A stretch of 64,000 nucleotides of DNA from Dimorphilus gyrociliatus (GCA_904063045.1 CAJFCJ010000006.1:994677-1058676); one strand, 5' to 3'. Positions 36,598 to 49,310 are shown, counted from the first letter of the stretch. A program made the numbers and translations. The notes: generated by a model not told the origin, from the letters alone.

Positions 36598-39058
36598 ATG
36601 GCGTGCAATGCCTTGTTTAAATTTAGATTTTCATACTACCGGTATTTTCGTTCGATGAGGTATACCTCAACTAAAGCTAGAAAGTTAAATGTAACTGTAC
36701 CAAATAAAGAATCACCAGAAAAGTTTGAACCATCTACCGCGGCTGAACTTTTTATATCAAACGAACGCGAACGGATTTTAAATGAAACTGCTGTGGATTT
36801 CAACAGACTCGAAAAACTCTTTGAACAATTTGACATTATAGATGAAACAAAAAAAATTGAAGAAAGTAATACTACGAAGCCAAAAAATTTACCATCTCAG
36901 CCATCAAAAATTATTGAGGCAATTGAAAATATTGAATTTGATAGTGAAAACTTTGCAGAATCCATAACGTTGGCTTCTACCAGAGATGTTCAAGGTATTT
37001 TAAATGAAAAGAAAAAGCCACTTTTACGCGGTAGTCCAGATCCTACAACTCCCATTAGCAAAACTCCCTGTGGAGGATGCGGAGCTTTCCTTCATTGCCA
37101 GAATCCAGGAATTCCGGGCTATATGCCATCGGAGCAGTTCAAAATTATTCCTTCTTATGAACTAAGGAGCCATATATGTCAGAGATGTTTTATGATGAAA
37201 GAACTGAATGTCGTAACCGATTTAGCTTTGCCACCAGAAGAATATGAAAATGTAATCAAAGAGATAGAGAATAAAAATCATTTATCTATAATAGTAGTAG
37301 ACCTCTTGGACATGCCAAATTCATTATATGCAGGTTTCAAACAGCTAATAAATAAAAAACAACCAGTTTATGTGCTAGGAAACAAAGTAGATTTAATCCC
37401 GAAAGATGCTCCCGGTAGGTAAATAAACATCAATATAAAACAGATAATGACCCTTAGCATCCTCATCCAGGTTATTTGAAGAGGATCAATAATACGCTCA
37501 GACATTATTGCCAGAAACTGAACATTGCTCCTCAAAATAAAATTCACTATCTTGGATTAATAAGTGCTAAAACTGGTTACGGTATTGAAGACTTAGTAAC
37601 CAAATTACTAAAGGATTGGAAGAGAAAGGGTAAATACTTAGAATGAGTGCCAAACGGGCTAATCGCCTTCTACAATTTGTTTTTTAAGGTGATATCTACA
37701 TCTATGGCTGTACAAACTCTGGAAAATCAACGCTTTTTAACATTCTTCTAAAGTCAGACTATTGCGATAACTGGTCAAAAAATTTTGTATTACCTGCAAG
37801 CACTTCAAATTGGCCAGGTTTTTAAAAAACTTGTACTTATTTTTTACTTATACATATTATATATAATAGTTTTTATATAGGAACAACTCTAAATCTCTTA
37901 AAATTTCCTATTATGGAACCGGCTGATTGGAAGATAGCAAAACGGGAAAAGCGCCTCAAAAGATTATATAACGAAGAGAGAGAGGAGAAGAGAATAGAGA
38001 ATAAAAGACAAAAGGATTTAAGAACTTCTCCGTTATACGGAGAAATCGAGTCAACTTTACTACCTCATCAGCTACTTATAGAAAACGAAAACGATATGAG
38101 TTTTCTTATATCGGATAGTACATATGAATATAATTCTGAAAGTAATTCAGTTCAAGCTAAAATTGATGATCCAAATTCATTTAAAGCTGCAAAATATGAT
38201 GACGACAAGTTTAAGAAACAGAAATTTTGGTGCTACGATACACCTGGATTAGTAAATCCAGATCAAGTAAATACAGCAATTTCTTTTGTTTATATTATGT
38301 ATGAAAAAATACTAAATTGACTCTAAATAGATCATCAACAATCTAACTCAAGAGGAATTAGCGGCCATTATGCCGGTTAAATTAATAAAGCCAAGAACTT
38401 TTCTTATCAAGCCAAAACAAGTTCTTTTTGCTTCTGGGTTAGGAAGAGTAGATGTTGTAGAGGTATAAACTGTATTTATTTTTCTTTAATAAGAAATTAA
38501 AGTCTTTTTATTAACTTGAAGGCAAATACTTCTATCTACTTAACATTGTTTGCCCAAAATAACCTTCCGGTTTTTATTAAAAAATATGGAAGGGAAGCTG
38601 ATGATTTTTACGAAGAGCATATTGGTTCAGAGACTCTAACAGTCTGTATTATATAACTTACATGTTATTTTTTGATAATTTAACATAATCTATTGATATA
38701 GGCTCCATTAGGCGATTCTGATCGTCTAAATACACTGTCAAGTTTGATAGGTAAAGAATTCGTTATCACTGGGATTGGTTGGACAGAGAGTGTTGTTGAT
38801 ATAACTTTATCTTCTTTAGGTATGAAAAATAAAATGATTTGCTGTTTTTCCTCAAAAATATTTAATAATCAACGTAAAATTTTAGGATGGTTTAGCATAA
38901 CTGCAGGAACAGGAATGACCGTTAAATTAAGAGTTTACACCCCTGGGGGTGTTGGTATTCACCAAAGAGAATCGCCCATATTACCATTTGCAATTAACAA
39001 TAAAGGAAAAAGATTAAAGCAAAGTCAAGAATATTCTCAACTTTCCCAACAGTTATAA
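36598..39058 (+). CDS. NOA1: nitric oxide-associated protein 1 (circularly permuted YqeH-like GTPase), multi-exon
   Basis: Zn finger CGGCGA...CQRC; G4 NKVD, G5 SAKTGYG, G1 GCTNSGKST, G2 WPGTTL, G3 DTPG, in permuted order across about 8 exons. Confidence 0.93.
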
Positions 39059-39235
39059 TATATTGACTTCAAAAAAGACTTTTTAAGGTTTATCAGTTAC
39101 CATCATTGATATTTACTTTGTATTCACATAGATTTTGAAAATTTGCATTATTCAATATATATATATATATATATAATTGACAACATAAAGCATATAAACA
39201 TTTTTATAAAATTGTTAATTTGATTAAACTGGTCC

Positions 39236-40267
39236 CTAACTTTTAAACAGAGAAAATTTGGATTTCTTTGCCATACGCTTGCATTGCGCTTGATTTATAC
39301 TTAACTTTTCAACAGCGTAAGATTCATCTACCACAGCGAGTTTGTCACCAAGATCATCATAATCAGTTGTCTTATAGTCAGAATTGTAAGCTGCAAGACT
39401 ACTGACTTCCGAAAGAGCTTGACAATGCCTAGGAGCCTGATAATTCTGACCGCCCCACCTGCATTGAGCAGTTGTAGCATGACCAAGGGCTTCTTCTATC
39501 TTACCAGCAAGGATATCGTCAGAAATTTCTTTTTTACCATTGTCAGTCGCCTGCTTAACAACGTCGTCTACTTTCCCCTGTAATTTCTCCAGACTAATTT
39601 GTTCTTGAGCTGAACCGATTATTACTTTTGCCAGAAGCCTTGCGTTTGCCAAGGGTATAAATTGTCCTCCAGTTATGTGAGCTATTGTCATAAAAAAATC
39701 TCTACACTTTACAGCCAGTGACCCACATCCGACTGTATATAAAGTTATTCCTTTTTGGGCAAGTTCTCTTGTAATGTTGATGGGATCTAATCCATCTGGA
39801 CAACCTCCAGGGAAACCATCTCCATGACTTCCTAAGCCATGCGGAGGAGCATCGGATATCATAATGCATATTTTAGTTGATTTTTCTCTCCAATTTAGCT
39901 TAAGAAGTTGATGCAATGCATCAGTTACAGCTTCAGGAGCATCGCCTCCTCCAGATGCAGCGCTTTGGGACAACCATTTTTTCATTTCACCAATAGATGA
40001 AACAAAATCATGAGTCCTAGTAACAAACGACTTATCCTGTGGAGGATGGTCTCTGTACTCAACAAGACTCAATTTAATATCACTCTTTTCTGAAGCTACA
40101 ATTTCTTCACAAATATTCCAAATGCTATCTTTGGCTGCCGCAATATATGAACCCATACTGCCAGTACAATCCATAGCGAAAGCCAAATCTAAAACAGAAC
40201 TGTCATGTTCAGCCAACGACGGCTGACCAACAGATTCAACATTAATCGAGTTATCACTCTGAGCCAT
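39236..40267 (-). CDS. intronless stand-alone vWA-domain protein (resembles the vWA of alpha-kinase VwkA/hemicentin type), 343 aa
   Basis: MIDAS-like DLAFAMDCTGSMG, VEYRDHPPQD, GGGDAPEAV and ISDAPPHG. Confidence 0.85.
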   Translation of the reverse strand: MAQSDNSINVESVGQPSLAEHDSSVLDLAFAMDCTGSMGSYIAAAKDSIWNICEEIVASEKSDIKLSLVEYRDHPPQDKSFVTRTHDFVSSIGEMKKWLSQSAASGGGDAPEAVTDALHQLLKLNWREKSTKICIMISDAPPHGLGSHGDGFPGGCPDGLDPINITRELAQKGITLYTVGCGSLAVKCRDFFMTIAHITGGQFIPLANARLLAKVIIGSAQEQISLEKLQGKVDDVVKQATDNGKKEISDDILAGKIEEALGHATTAQCRWGGQNYQAPRHCQALSEVSSLAAYNSDYKTTDYDDLGDKLAVVDESYAVEKLSINQAQCKRMAKKSKFSLFKS

Positions 40268-40361
40268 GTTTCTTTTCTATTGCTTAGAAAGTAAAATTTG
40301 CAGCAAATCTGACTTGAATCAAGCTTTGATCTGATATGAAAACTAAGAAGCAGTGAGCCGC

Positions 40362-40541
40362 TTTATACAATTTATCTAAACTTGCGAAACGTTTATACTA
40401 TATTGCAAATTATGACTAACGATCATTCATACACATCAAACCTGCTGCCAAACACTATTATGAGAGGAAACTACCTAGATGAGTCATAAGCAAATATGTT
40501 CAACGCAAGCAATTTCTTTCGATTGCGCAATATCTACGTAA
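40362..40541 (-). promoter_or_regulatory. TATA box plus bZIP-site cluster upstream of the vWA gene
   Basis: TATAAA on the minus strand at 40367-40362; TTGCGAAA at 40382; AP-1 palindrome ATGAGTCAT at 40479-40487; C/EBP palindrome ATTGCGCAAT at 40522-40531; TACGTAA at 40535. Confidence 0.55.
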
Positions 40542-41046
40542 CATAATTTAAATATTTAGGCTTCATTAATGATGTTTATATGTAATGTGTCATATCAATT
40601 TTATTTCCCAACGTAAAACTCTTTCATTTGTATTTTATCTTTTTTTGAATCATAAACAACAATAATTCATACAGATTTGTTTTCATTGTTACTTTCCTTT
40701 CGTAATCTTCTCAGAAGAATTAATATAGTTAATATTAAATTCTAGTAAAAAGAAAAACAAGGAAAAAAGAAAATAAAATCGAAAGTAGAGCTTATATTTT
40801 TTAATATCTTTTAGATTTGAAAAAAAAACAGGATATATATTAAGATGTAAAAGGTATACATATCTAGTTTATATTCTTTGGGATAGGGGATTTGAATTTT
40901 TTATAATAAATCTTTACAAAGTAGACTCTGCTTAAGATTTTGTTTTTATTTTGGTTTAATCTTAAAAAAGAAAGGAAAGGAAGAAAGTATATTCTCTCTA
41001 TCTTCTCTTTTTTTTATCTTCTGAAAGATGTGTACTCCTTTTATTG

Positions 41047-42727
41047 TTATTCCCTTTTGTAGATTGGTATGACGTATTTATGACCGAAAGGTGATTGATA
41101 CGATATCCCAACCTGCCTGAAAACTTGCTTGGGAATAGCTACATCGGATAGGTACATTTTGCCACTGAATTCCGACAATTTTAGAGGAAGTCCTAAACTT
41201 AGTGAGCACTTGGGATTCAAAGCTGGCTTGTGAGGTTCCTGCGGTGGATCCAAAGCTATGATAGGTGTCCTTAATTTCTCTGCCCAAATCTTTGCTTCAA
41301 TACACCAACTATGTCGTTGATTCGCGTCAGTACTACGGTGGGAATCAACGCCGCTAATTACCATATCAACCGTGTCCTTCGGTAGGTCTGCAACGCTCCT
41401 GATAAAATTTGATCCGGTTGACATGTATATCCTAATTTCATTCTCGAGGATTGAACAATATCCGGCCGAAACAGATTTCGGAACAAAAAGCGTTACTTTA
41501 ATACCGTGGCAGGATAGCTGTCTAGCGCAATTAATGGCCAATGCCCCCTCAGGATGCGGTCCGGCCAGGACAACAACAAAAGGAGTTTGATGAGCGTTTG
41601 CGGGATTTAGTCGATTCGCACCTCCTAATAAGTTCATTACCATTTCAGCTGCAGATCTACCACACATTTCAAGACGTTTTTCAACAGTAACCCCAAGTTC
41701 GGCGGCCTTTTCAAATAAATCAATCCTCTTAGCCAAACTTATTGCGGGTATAACAATTCCAGAATCTGATGAATTTTGTGAAGGTATAATATAAAACATA
41801 AACATAGTAAGACTCTATTGTCGTTACCTGTTAAATAAGAAGAATTGATACTAGAATCACCAATTCGAATCTGTTTCAACTCGGAATCTGCCGAAGCTAT
41901 CACATTTTCATCACATCTGTAGGATTTTTTAGGAGTTTCTTTCATTATATCTTTACCCTCAATTTTTTCAAATTCTGCTTTCTTATCAAATAATTTATGA
42001 TTCTTCTCGAAATCAAATTCTTCGTGATAAGATTTAACATTATCATTAAATGTTTCAGACCAAGGTGTTCGCCTATGGGAGTCTTTTCTATTATTACCGC
42101 CTTTTCTTCCCTGTCCTTGGCACATAGGACTCAAACGTTTCGAAGGGGATTGATGCGATTTCCCTTGAACACAGTTGGCTGGAGATTTTAATTGTTCTTT
42201 TCTCTTCTCCTTGAGTTCTTTATCGCTATTATATTTTTCGGATTTTGTAGGTTTTTGAAAGTTAAAAACAGTGTTCTTAAGCATTTCTTTAGCTTCTTTT
42301 GCGCTTTTCAGTAATCTTAGATTTACAATATCTGGAGCTCTGTAAAGGAACAACACTCGTTTGGAATATTTTTTTTATCTTAACAGAAACACTATTTAAA
42401 TGTAACAGGAGCCTTTTTTTGTTATTTGTCAAATTCTGAATTGTATAGATAAGATGTCTACTGCAACTTCAAAATAGTAATAATAACAGCAATAAAGCTT
42501 CAATAGCATCTATGCATAAACTAGAGAATATATTAATAATGTTTGTATAAAAAGAATGCTTACAGAATGGTTACTTTCGGCATATCGCATTGTACACCGT
42601 TGTGAAACGCGTGAGATATCGTGAGAGCCTGATGAACCGGATCAATACTATCAATTATCCCTTGATATGTTCCCAGTTGTTCAACGCATTCTATAGATAC
42701 CATGCATCCAATATATTCTGTAGACAT
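41047..42727 (-). CDS. EDC3: enhancer of mRNA decapping 3 (LSm + FDF + YjeF_N)
   Basis: Exons 42727-42564, 42339-41828 and 41765-41047 are in phase. LSm MSTEYIGCMVSIEC...HAFHNGVQC; EEFDFEKNHKLFDKK; YjeF_N domain. A probable 5'UTR donor lies at ~42874. Confidence 0.93.
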
Positions 42728-43252
42728 TTTCTTGGCTTATATTTGATTATAGTACGATTAAAACACAGAAATTATTGATCAATCTGTTTACAAGCGGTCA
42801 GTAAAATATACTTGATTCCTGATACCAGTTTTTATAAACACATATTTTTTTGGCGCCAAATGTTTCACACTTACCTTATATTTTCAATTTGTTCGTAAAT
42901 GTGCGAACAACTCTTAACTGAATGGTCAGAAACCGTTCTAAAATTCTCAACTTACGTAAGACAAATGAAGATCTCTTGTAATATATTATCTTTGAAAAAA
43001 AAACAATTGGTTAAACATGATCGTTTTATTCTTGCAGACATTTAAGAGGCTTAATGTAAAGCAATAAATTGATAGGGTAACAATAGCTAACGAAGACGGT
43101 GACATTAAAAGTTTCTTTCAAGTAAAAATGACAAGATAATATAGAAGACTTACAACATCCTGGAAATTATTTTATACCGTGCTTTATCTTCTAAGTGGAA
43201 GAGTAAATTATTTTATTGATCATGAAACGTAAAGATTCTAATATACAAAATC

Positions 43253-43519
43253 ATGGCGGATACATGTCTACTCAATATTGCTTTGGAAAATTATAAAGAA
43301 GAAAAACTATTTGCAGATGTACAATCGGTAAATTCTAACGTTTCAACAGAGAATAAAATCAATTTGGATGATACAAATGAAGTTTGGAAGACATCAGAAT
43401 CAAATCATTTACAATTGTCATTAAAGGACGTATATCCATATAAATTCGAGGACAATCTACCAGTAAGAATGAATCCTTTATTCGATAACGAAGCTGCTTT
43501 TGGATCTGAAGATGTATAA
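43253..43519 (+). CDS. hypothetical 88-aa acidic protein
   Basis: ATG in good context (aatcATGG) and protein-like composition, divergent from EDC3. No family recognised. Confidence 0.45.
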   Translation: MADTCLLNIALENYKEEKLFADVQSVNSNVSTENKINLDDTNEVWKTSESNHLQLSLKDVYPYKFEDNLPVRMNPLFDNEAAFGSEDV

Positions 43520-43754
43520 ACTTTTCACATGTTGTTAAAAATATGATTAATTTTTTTAAAATTAACAGCAACTTTCAAACGTCAGCTTCAATTCAGATAT
43601 AACAGTTCTACAAGTTAAGAAAAATTTAGCTATTAAAGTCTTGATTGATAAAATCAAGCGAAAAAGAAGGAAAAAGAAAATTAAGTTAATGATTTTATCG
43701 TTGATAATTTTCTTGAGCATTTTAACAATTATAATTATAACTTTAGGCATTCTT

Positions 43755-44585
43755 TTAAAATAAATGTCTTATTTTATCGCTTATCTTATTATCAATATTC
43801 ATTATATATCTTAGTTCAATTAACAATTTTTTAGCATTTTTCAGTTCTCTTTTTTCAAAAGCGTCTTTCAAAGAAGAAATGATTGACTCGATTCTTAATT
43901 TATTTTCTTTATCCAATTCCATAAGGGATACCTCATCATTGGAACTTTCAATTTCCTCATTTATTTCCATCATACTTAACAAAAATTCTGGTTCGGCAAT
44001 AGTTTCATCTTCTTCAAGGTAGACTTTGTTTTGCTCAAGTAGGTAAACTCCTCTGTCGAGAGGTTTTTGCAAAGTTGTATAGGCTTTATTTATCAGAGAA
44101 CTTTGCTGTTCAGAATATTCTTTTTCCACCTATAAAAAGTTGAAACTTGATATTGTATACTCATTTTTTTTCGTTTCACTAATTAATAATTAATTTACCG
44201 GTGATTTATTCGCAAATTTATCGGGATGTAGTCGCCTCTGTAAGTCCTTAAATTTTGTAGATAGGTCTTCGTTATCAACTTGAAAAGTTTCTTCAATATC
44301 CATTACTTTAAAAAAATTCTCGTTTATAGGGGGTTGTATCACTCCACATTCACAAAAAAATTGCTCAGCTTGTTTGTGAATGATTCTTTGACATTTCCAG
44401 CAAGATCTCGTGCAATAAGATTTTTTTGAAAGTTGCATCAGTTTCTGATTACCTGGAGTCTCAGAATTGTTATCTTTTTTAAAAGTAGAGAAATCATTCC
44501 TTCTCACCACCTTCGATAATTCATTTATAGTTGAATTATCATATTTTCTCAACAAACTAAAACAACGCGATACACGATTATACAT
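43755..44585 (-). CDS. HSCB: iron-sulfur cluster co-chaperone HscB/HSC20
   Basis: Exons 44585-44199 and 44129-43755. CWKC...FFCEC Zn motif, J-domain LHPDKF, SSLINKAYTTL and C-terminal helical domain. Confidence 0.93.
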
Positions 44586-44599
44586 TTGATAAAATTTTT

Positions 44600-44910
44600 C
44601 ACAACATGCAACCTTGACTTTTGACAAAATACTCGTTCTTTTGTACCAGTTTACAGCCAAATGTACGATTTTTTACGATCACGATATTTTAATCGAGCTC
44701 GCAGTAATTATTAATTTGGCCCTATATATATATAATCGATTTTTAAAAAAAGCCGATATATCTATATAATCCCATAGATCAGTTGGTTGACTTCCGGATA
44801 TTGAGAAAGCATAGGCTACGATTACTTAGTTTAAAACGTTTAGCTTACTCAGTAAGTCTCATTATATCTATATATATCTATATATATATATGATTGTCTT
44901 GCAAAGACAA
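44600..44910. promoter_or_regulatory. bidirectional promoter (HSCB vs GPANK1/PDRG1) with a short non-coding leader exon and a 55-bp 5'UTR intron
   Basis: ETS-type ACTTCCGG at 44790-44797; donor TCA|GTAAGT at 44852; acceptor AAAG at 44905-44906. Confidence 0.65.
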
Positions 44911-44921
44911 TTGTGCTCAAA

Positions 44922-45932
44922 ATGTATCGGCACCAATCTATATGTTTTGTACCCGCTTCAAATAACCATGATCAAGCTAAAGAGAAAAGTTTAGTAAAAG
45001 AGTCTAACGAAATTCGGATCGGAGAAGCAGCTAAAGAGTTCTACAATGAAATAATAGCGGAACCTTCCGAGCAGGAAGTTACTGTTAAAAGCTGTCTGGA
45101 GCCTACAGATAATTCCAACGTAGAAACAAATTGTACAAAAACTGAAGTGCTAAAGAGTAAAAAAATTCTACCATCGGACTCGTATAAATATTGTAATATA
45201 TTTTTGAAACATGCAACTGATGGAAACATTGAAAAACTGAAAGAATTGCTTTCTAAGGATTTAAATATTAACATACAGGATGACTACCAATGGACAGCGC
45301 TAATGTGTGCAGCAAAAGCGAATAATTATGAAGTTGTAGATTTTTTAATTAAGAATGGAGCTGATGTTACATGTACTGATATGAATGGTTTATCAGCGTA
45401 TGATCTCACGAATTCAACAGCAATAAAAAATTTATTTCATGATATGGAAGACGAAGATACTAATGCAGAAGATTATAATGACTCTGAAGAGGCTAATGAA
45501 GTTTATTGCAGTGTTTGTGATGTAACTGTCAAAGATATTGATGAACATGACAAGAGTATACCTCACATAATGAATAAGCCGAAGCTGGCAACAGGAAGTT
45601 GCTATTATATTCCATGCACAAATAAAGGATATCAGCTTATGATGAAACAAGGATGGGACGGGGAGAAAGCTCTCGGGAGGGAAGCCGAGGGTACGAAGTA
45701 TCCAGTGAAAACCATTTTAAAACGTGATAGAATTGGTCTTGGTGGTAATAAAAAGAAACAGATCCCAAGGGTATCTCATTTTGATCCTTTCGATACTACA
45801 GCTATAAAGCGACGATCCGAACTTTATATTAATAAATCACCAAGAATATTTAAAAAGAAGCATTTCAAAGAACAATTAAATAAAGAAAAAAAAATTGAGA
45901 GATTTTTTAGAAGAGAGTTTGATGCCTACTGA
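44922..45932 (+). CDS. GPANK1: G-patch and ankyrin repeat protein 1, single coding exon
   Basis: Ankyrin repeats (QDDYQWTALMCAAKANNYEVVDFL), C2H2-like YCSVC...HDKSIPH and G-patch NKGYQLMMKQGWDGEKALG...RDRIGLG. Confidence 0.92.
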   Translation: MYRHQSICFVPASNNHDQAKEKSLVKESNEIRIGEAAKEFYNEIIAEPSEQEVTVKSCLEPTDNSNVETNCTKTEVLKSKKILPSDSYKYCNIFLKHATDGNIEKLKELLSKDLNINIQDDYQWTALMCAAKANNYEVVDFLIKNGADVTCTDMNGLSAYDLTNSTAIKNLFHDMEDEDTNAEDYNDSEEANEVYCSVCDVTVKDIDEHDKSIPHIMNKPKLATGSCYYIPCTNKGYQLMMKQGWDGEKALGREAEGTKYPVKTILKRDRIGLGGNKKKQIPRVSHFDPFDTTAIKRRSELYINKSPRIFKKKHFKEQLNKEKKIERFFRREFDAY

Positions 45933-46009
45933 TTTAATTTTAGCATATCTTATCTGTTTACAATTCGATCGTCAAAGACTGACATAACATTTGTTTTCTA
46001 TCAGGGATA

Positions 46010-46794
46010 ATGGATCAAGATTCAAAGTTTATTTTAGAACACTTAGAGAATGTTGAAGGTATTGCTGACGATATACTCTCTCAGAAGCAGGACATTATAG
46101 AGTTGGATAAAAGGAGAAATAAAACAAGGGAAGCTATAAGGTTGTTGTTCTAATTTTAGCTTTTAAACTTTACCATCGATTTTTTCGCTGTGTGATGATA
46201 GGTGTTTAATGAAAGCCGAATCATCGGCGAAATCTTGGGTTAATTTTGGTTCAAATTTTATAAAAATGGAGAATAAAAAAGCAAGAAATATGTTAGAAAA
46301 TGGTGTGTATACTCTATATTCTATATAAACATGTTTAAATTATAGATTAAATCAGAATATCAATTTGCCAAGTCATTAATTGTCATTTAGTAATAATACA
46401 AAATATTTATCAATCTTGTATAATTAAAAACTGACATCAATAATGCGAGAATGTAATTTTTTTCAAATAATTAAGGAAGCGTCAGAGTTTACTGATGTCC
46501 CTATTTGTTTAACAATTATGGCGTATCGACTGATATCTAATGCACCGTTCTAAGTGGTTTTTTTTTAGTAATCACGTTTTAGACTTAAATTTAATAAAAG
46601 CGAAGTAATTATTTACCTCTGGTTTTTTTTTTGCAGATTTTGAAGTAATAGAAAAAGAAGTCTCGGAAAAGCGGCGACAATTAAAAGTAGGCGTAAATAA
46701 ATTAAGAGACGCTGAAAATAAAGAACCTGTGAAAGGATTCAATTTAAAACCACTTTCCGAAGCAGAATTAAAAGAGTTACGAGCAGAATTCTGA
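46010..46794 (+). CDS. PDRG1: p53 and DNA damage-regulated protein 1 (prefoldin-like)
   Basis: Exons 46010-46140, 46202-46302 and 46637-46794. ELDKRRNKTREAIR, WVNFGSNFIKM and KGFNLKPLS match remembered PDRG1 sequence. Confidence 0.9.
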
Positions 46795-47200
46795 TGAAAT
46801 TTATTGTTTTCAGTATAAATCTTTTAGAAAATACAAAGATTTTTATTTTAAACCTTTTCAAATATATATTGTATAATTATGACTATAAAAAAATCTAGTA
46901 CTCCTATCCTAAGCCAAATATAAAAGTCAGACGATTGTCTTTTTGAAAACGTCTACAGCTTTGATCAAGTATTAATATATATAATTTATTATATAAAAAC
47001 GTTTAATAATTCTGAGCCTAGACTAAAACTCAAAAAATGAATGTCTATATAAGCCAGATGTGCCTCATTTTAAATTCCATGTTAAAATTGATTGTTTAAA
47101 CCCAGAATGTTTGCTGCTATTTATTTTTGTAGAAAGCTGAATATACACTCTCTAGTTTAAAAGAAAAATAATAATTTTTACATACAGATTACAGTTGGGC

Positions 47201-47231
<31 letters not shown>

Positions 47232-47608
47232 GTATATACATATGTATAAAAGAGCCCCATAAATCCCAAGTCGCGGTGTGTATATTTACAAAAAAAAAAT
47301 ACCATAATTTAGGAATCCTTTTTTTTTTCTTCTTTTTTTTGCATAGAAAAATTTGGCGGAGATGTTGAAAGAGACTAGTAATTTTTTTTAACTGTAATAC
47401 AAATAAGTTAACAAAACAACGACTAAAAACAAAAACTACATGTTTTGATAGACATTCCCGTGTATAACCAATTTTTCTTTGTTTTGTAATGAATGATTTA
47501 AAAAAAATAGTAAATGGAAATAAGATGAGAATTACTATCAAACATATGCGATCTTATAAATGTTTAAAATCCCTGTCGTTTTAAGAACGAACGTCAGTAG
47601 GAAACCAT

Positions 47609-47860
47609 CTAAGGATCGAAAACTGGGAGGCTGGCGATACGTTTCTTTTCTTCCTCCTCTTCGTCCCTTGCCAGAAATAATGAATGACTAAATCCACAAG
47701 CGACTTTCTTGATATAAATGTTTTCCAGAGGTCTCGATTCGCTTGGAGTGGTACAAGACTTTGGCTCTCCAGATGCCAATTCGCCGAAAGTTGGACTTGG
47801 TCCCCAGCTGACTACGCTTTCGTCGGCAGCGACAACTATACTTTTATAGCTGCGACGAAA

Positions 47861-47902
<42 letters not shown>

Positions 47903-49310
47903 TATACGGTATACTAATATACTAATATATTCGTCATTCTCTTATAATTAAAATAATAAATAAATAATATTTACCAGCAACCAATGCTCCGTATGTTCCA
48001 TCCACTTAGATCCTGAACAGGTTTAGGATACATTGTGGCTTCCCCCGTAGGCTTTTGCTGACCCCACATATAGAGCTGTGAGGCACATCCAACTGCAAGT
48101 GAAAATTGAGAACCACACTGAATTTGGGTTACCCCTTGATTTGGACCTTGAAATGCTTTGACGAGACGTGGAACGAGCTCATTTTTAGGTTCGGCATGGC
48201 CTAGTCGACCATAACCGCCAAAACCCCATGTATATAATCTTTTATTTGAATCGCATGCTAATGTATGATTTACACCACAGGCTATTTGTTCTATTTCAAC
48301 ATCCAAAACTGGTGTAACTGTACCGTCTCTTGATTTTTCGATAAATACAGCTACCTTTCTCGGCTTAAGTTCGCAGTTATAAGCTAGCTTGTTGCTGGTA
48401 ATGAAGTATTTTCCATCCGTATTATGTCCTAACTGGCCATATTCTGGATGACCAAAGGAATATAAATTTCCTCTGATATCGACTGCCATAGAAAATTCAC
48501 CACCGCAAGCTACTTTTTTTATTGGTGGACCTGAATGCGCCACCAGAGTTGGACTGGGTACATGATTACTCTGATGGCCCAGACCCAATTGTCCCATTTT
48601 ATTATCCCCACACGAAAGCAATCTTCCTTTATCGGTTAAAAATATTGTGTGATTCTTTCCAACGGCTCCGTCAACGACATTCATAGTAAAAAGGCTTTCA
48701 ACAGGCGATGGTTTATCTTTTCGTTCAGTATCTCCGTGACCTAATTGACCTTTTTCATTTCTTCCCCATGAGTAGACTTTTCCTTCAGTTGAAATTACAA
48801 AGAGGTGTGCGGCGGAACACCCAGCAACAACCATCCTTATTCTAATACCTTGTAAAGAAGCAATTCTATGTGGAGTGTATAAATTTTTCCCACCATTGTT
48901 TTTCACAGCATTTGGTACTCTATTTCTTCCTACCATATCCCAATTTGCGCAACCGCTAAAAAGCAATTCACCACTTTCGTCGGGTGCTTCCAATTTCTAC
49001 AAAACGGATTAAAACTTAGTTATAAACATCAATGCACAGTCACGTGACAACAAAGGAGCAATTAGCCACTAGGTATAAAAATTGCCAGAAAATTATTTCA
49101 CACGAATCGAAACTAGGAATACGATAGGCCTAGAGCGGCGCATCGTCGTAATAAGAAAAAATCTCTTACAAAGTCTGCGTAAAGCCCATCTTCTGTTATA
49201 TCACTTTCTATTGGGGCAGCGTGAGAACCATTGGAGTTCTCCAGCTTCTTTCTACCTTTTTTGTGGGCAGGATCATTTTCAGTTTCGTTCTTTCGCTTTT
49301 TCGGCGGCAT
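47609..49310 (-). CDS. RCC2: RCC2/TD-60 (RCC1-repeat protein)
   Basis: Exons 49310-49170, 48996-47975 and 47849-47609. GELLFSGCANWD, RCC1 repeats, FGHPEYGQLGHNTDGKYF and WGPSPTFGEL. Confidence 0.94.

Noticed and set aside
46303-46636. Longer PDRG1 intron as a possible snoRNA host
   Set aside because: No convincing box C/D or H/ACA set was found by eye.
48997-49169. H/ACA-like two-hairpin pattern in RCC2 intron 1
   Set aside because: There is no ACA box at the expected position, and the stems are weak.
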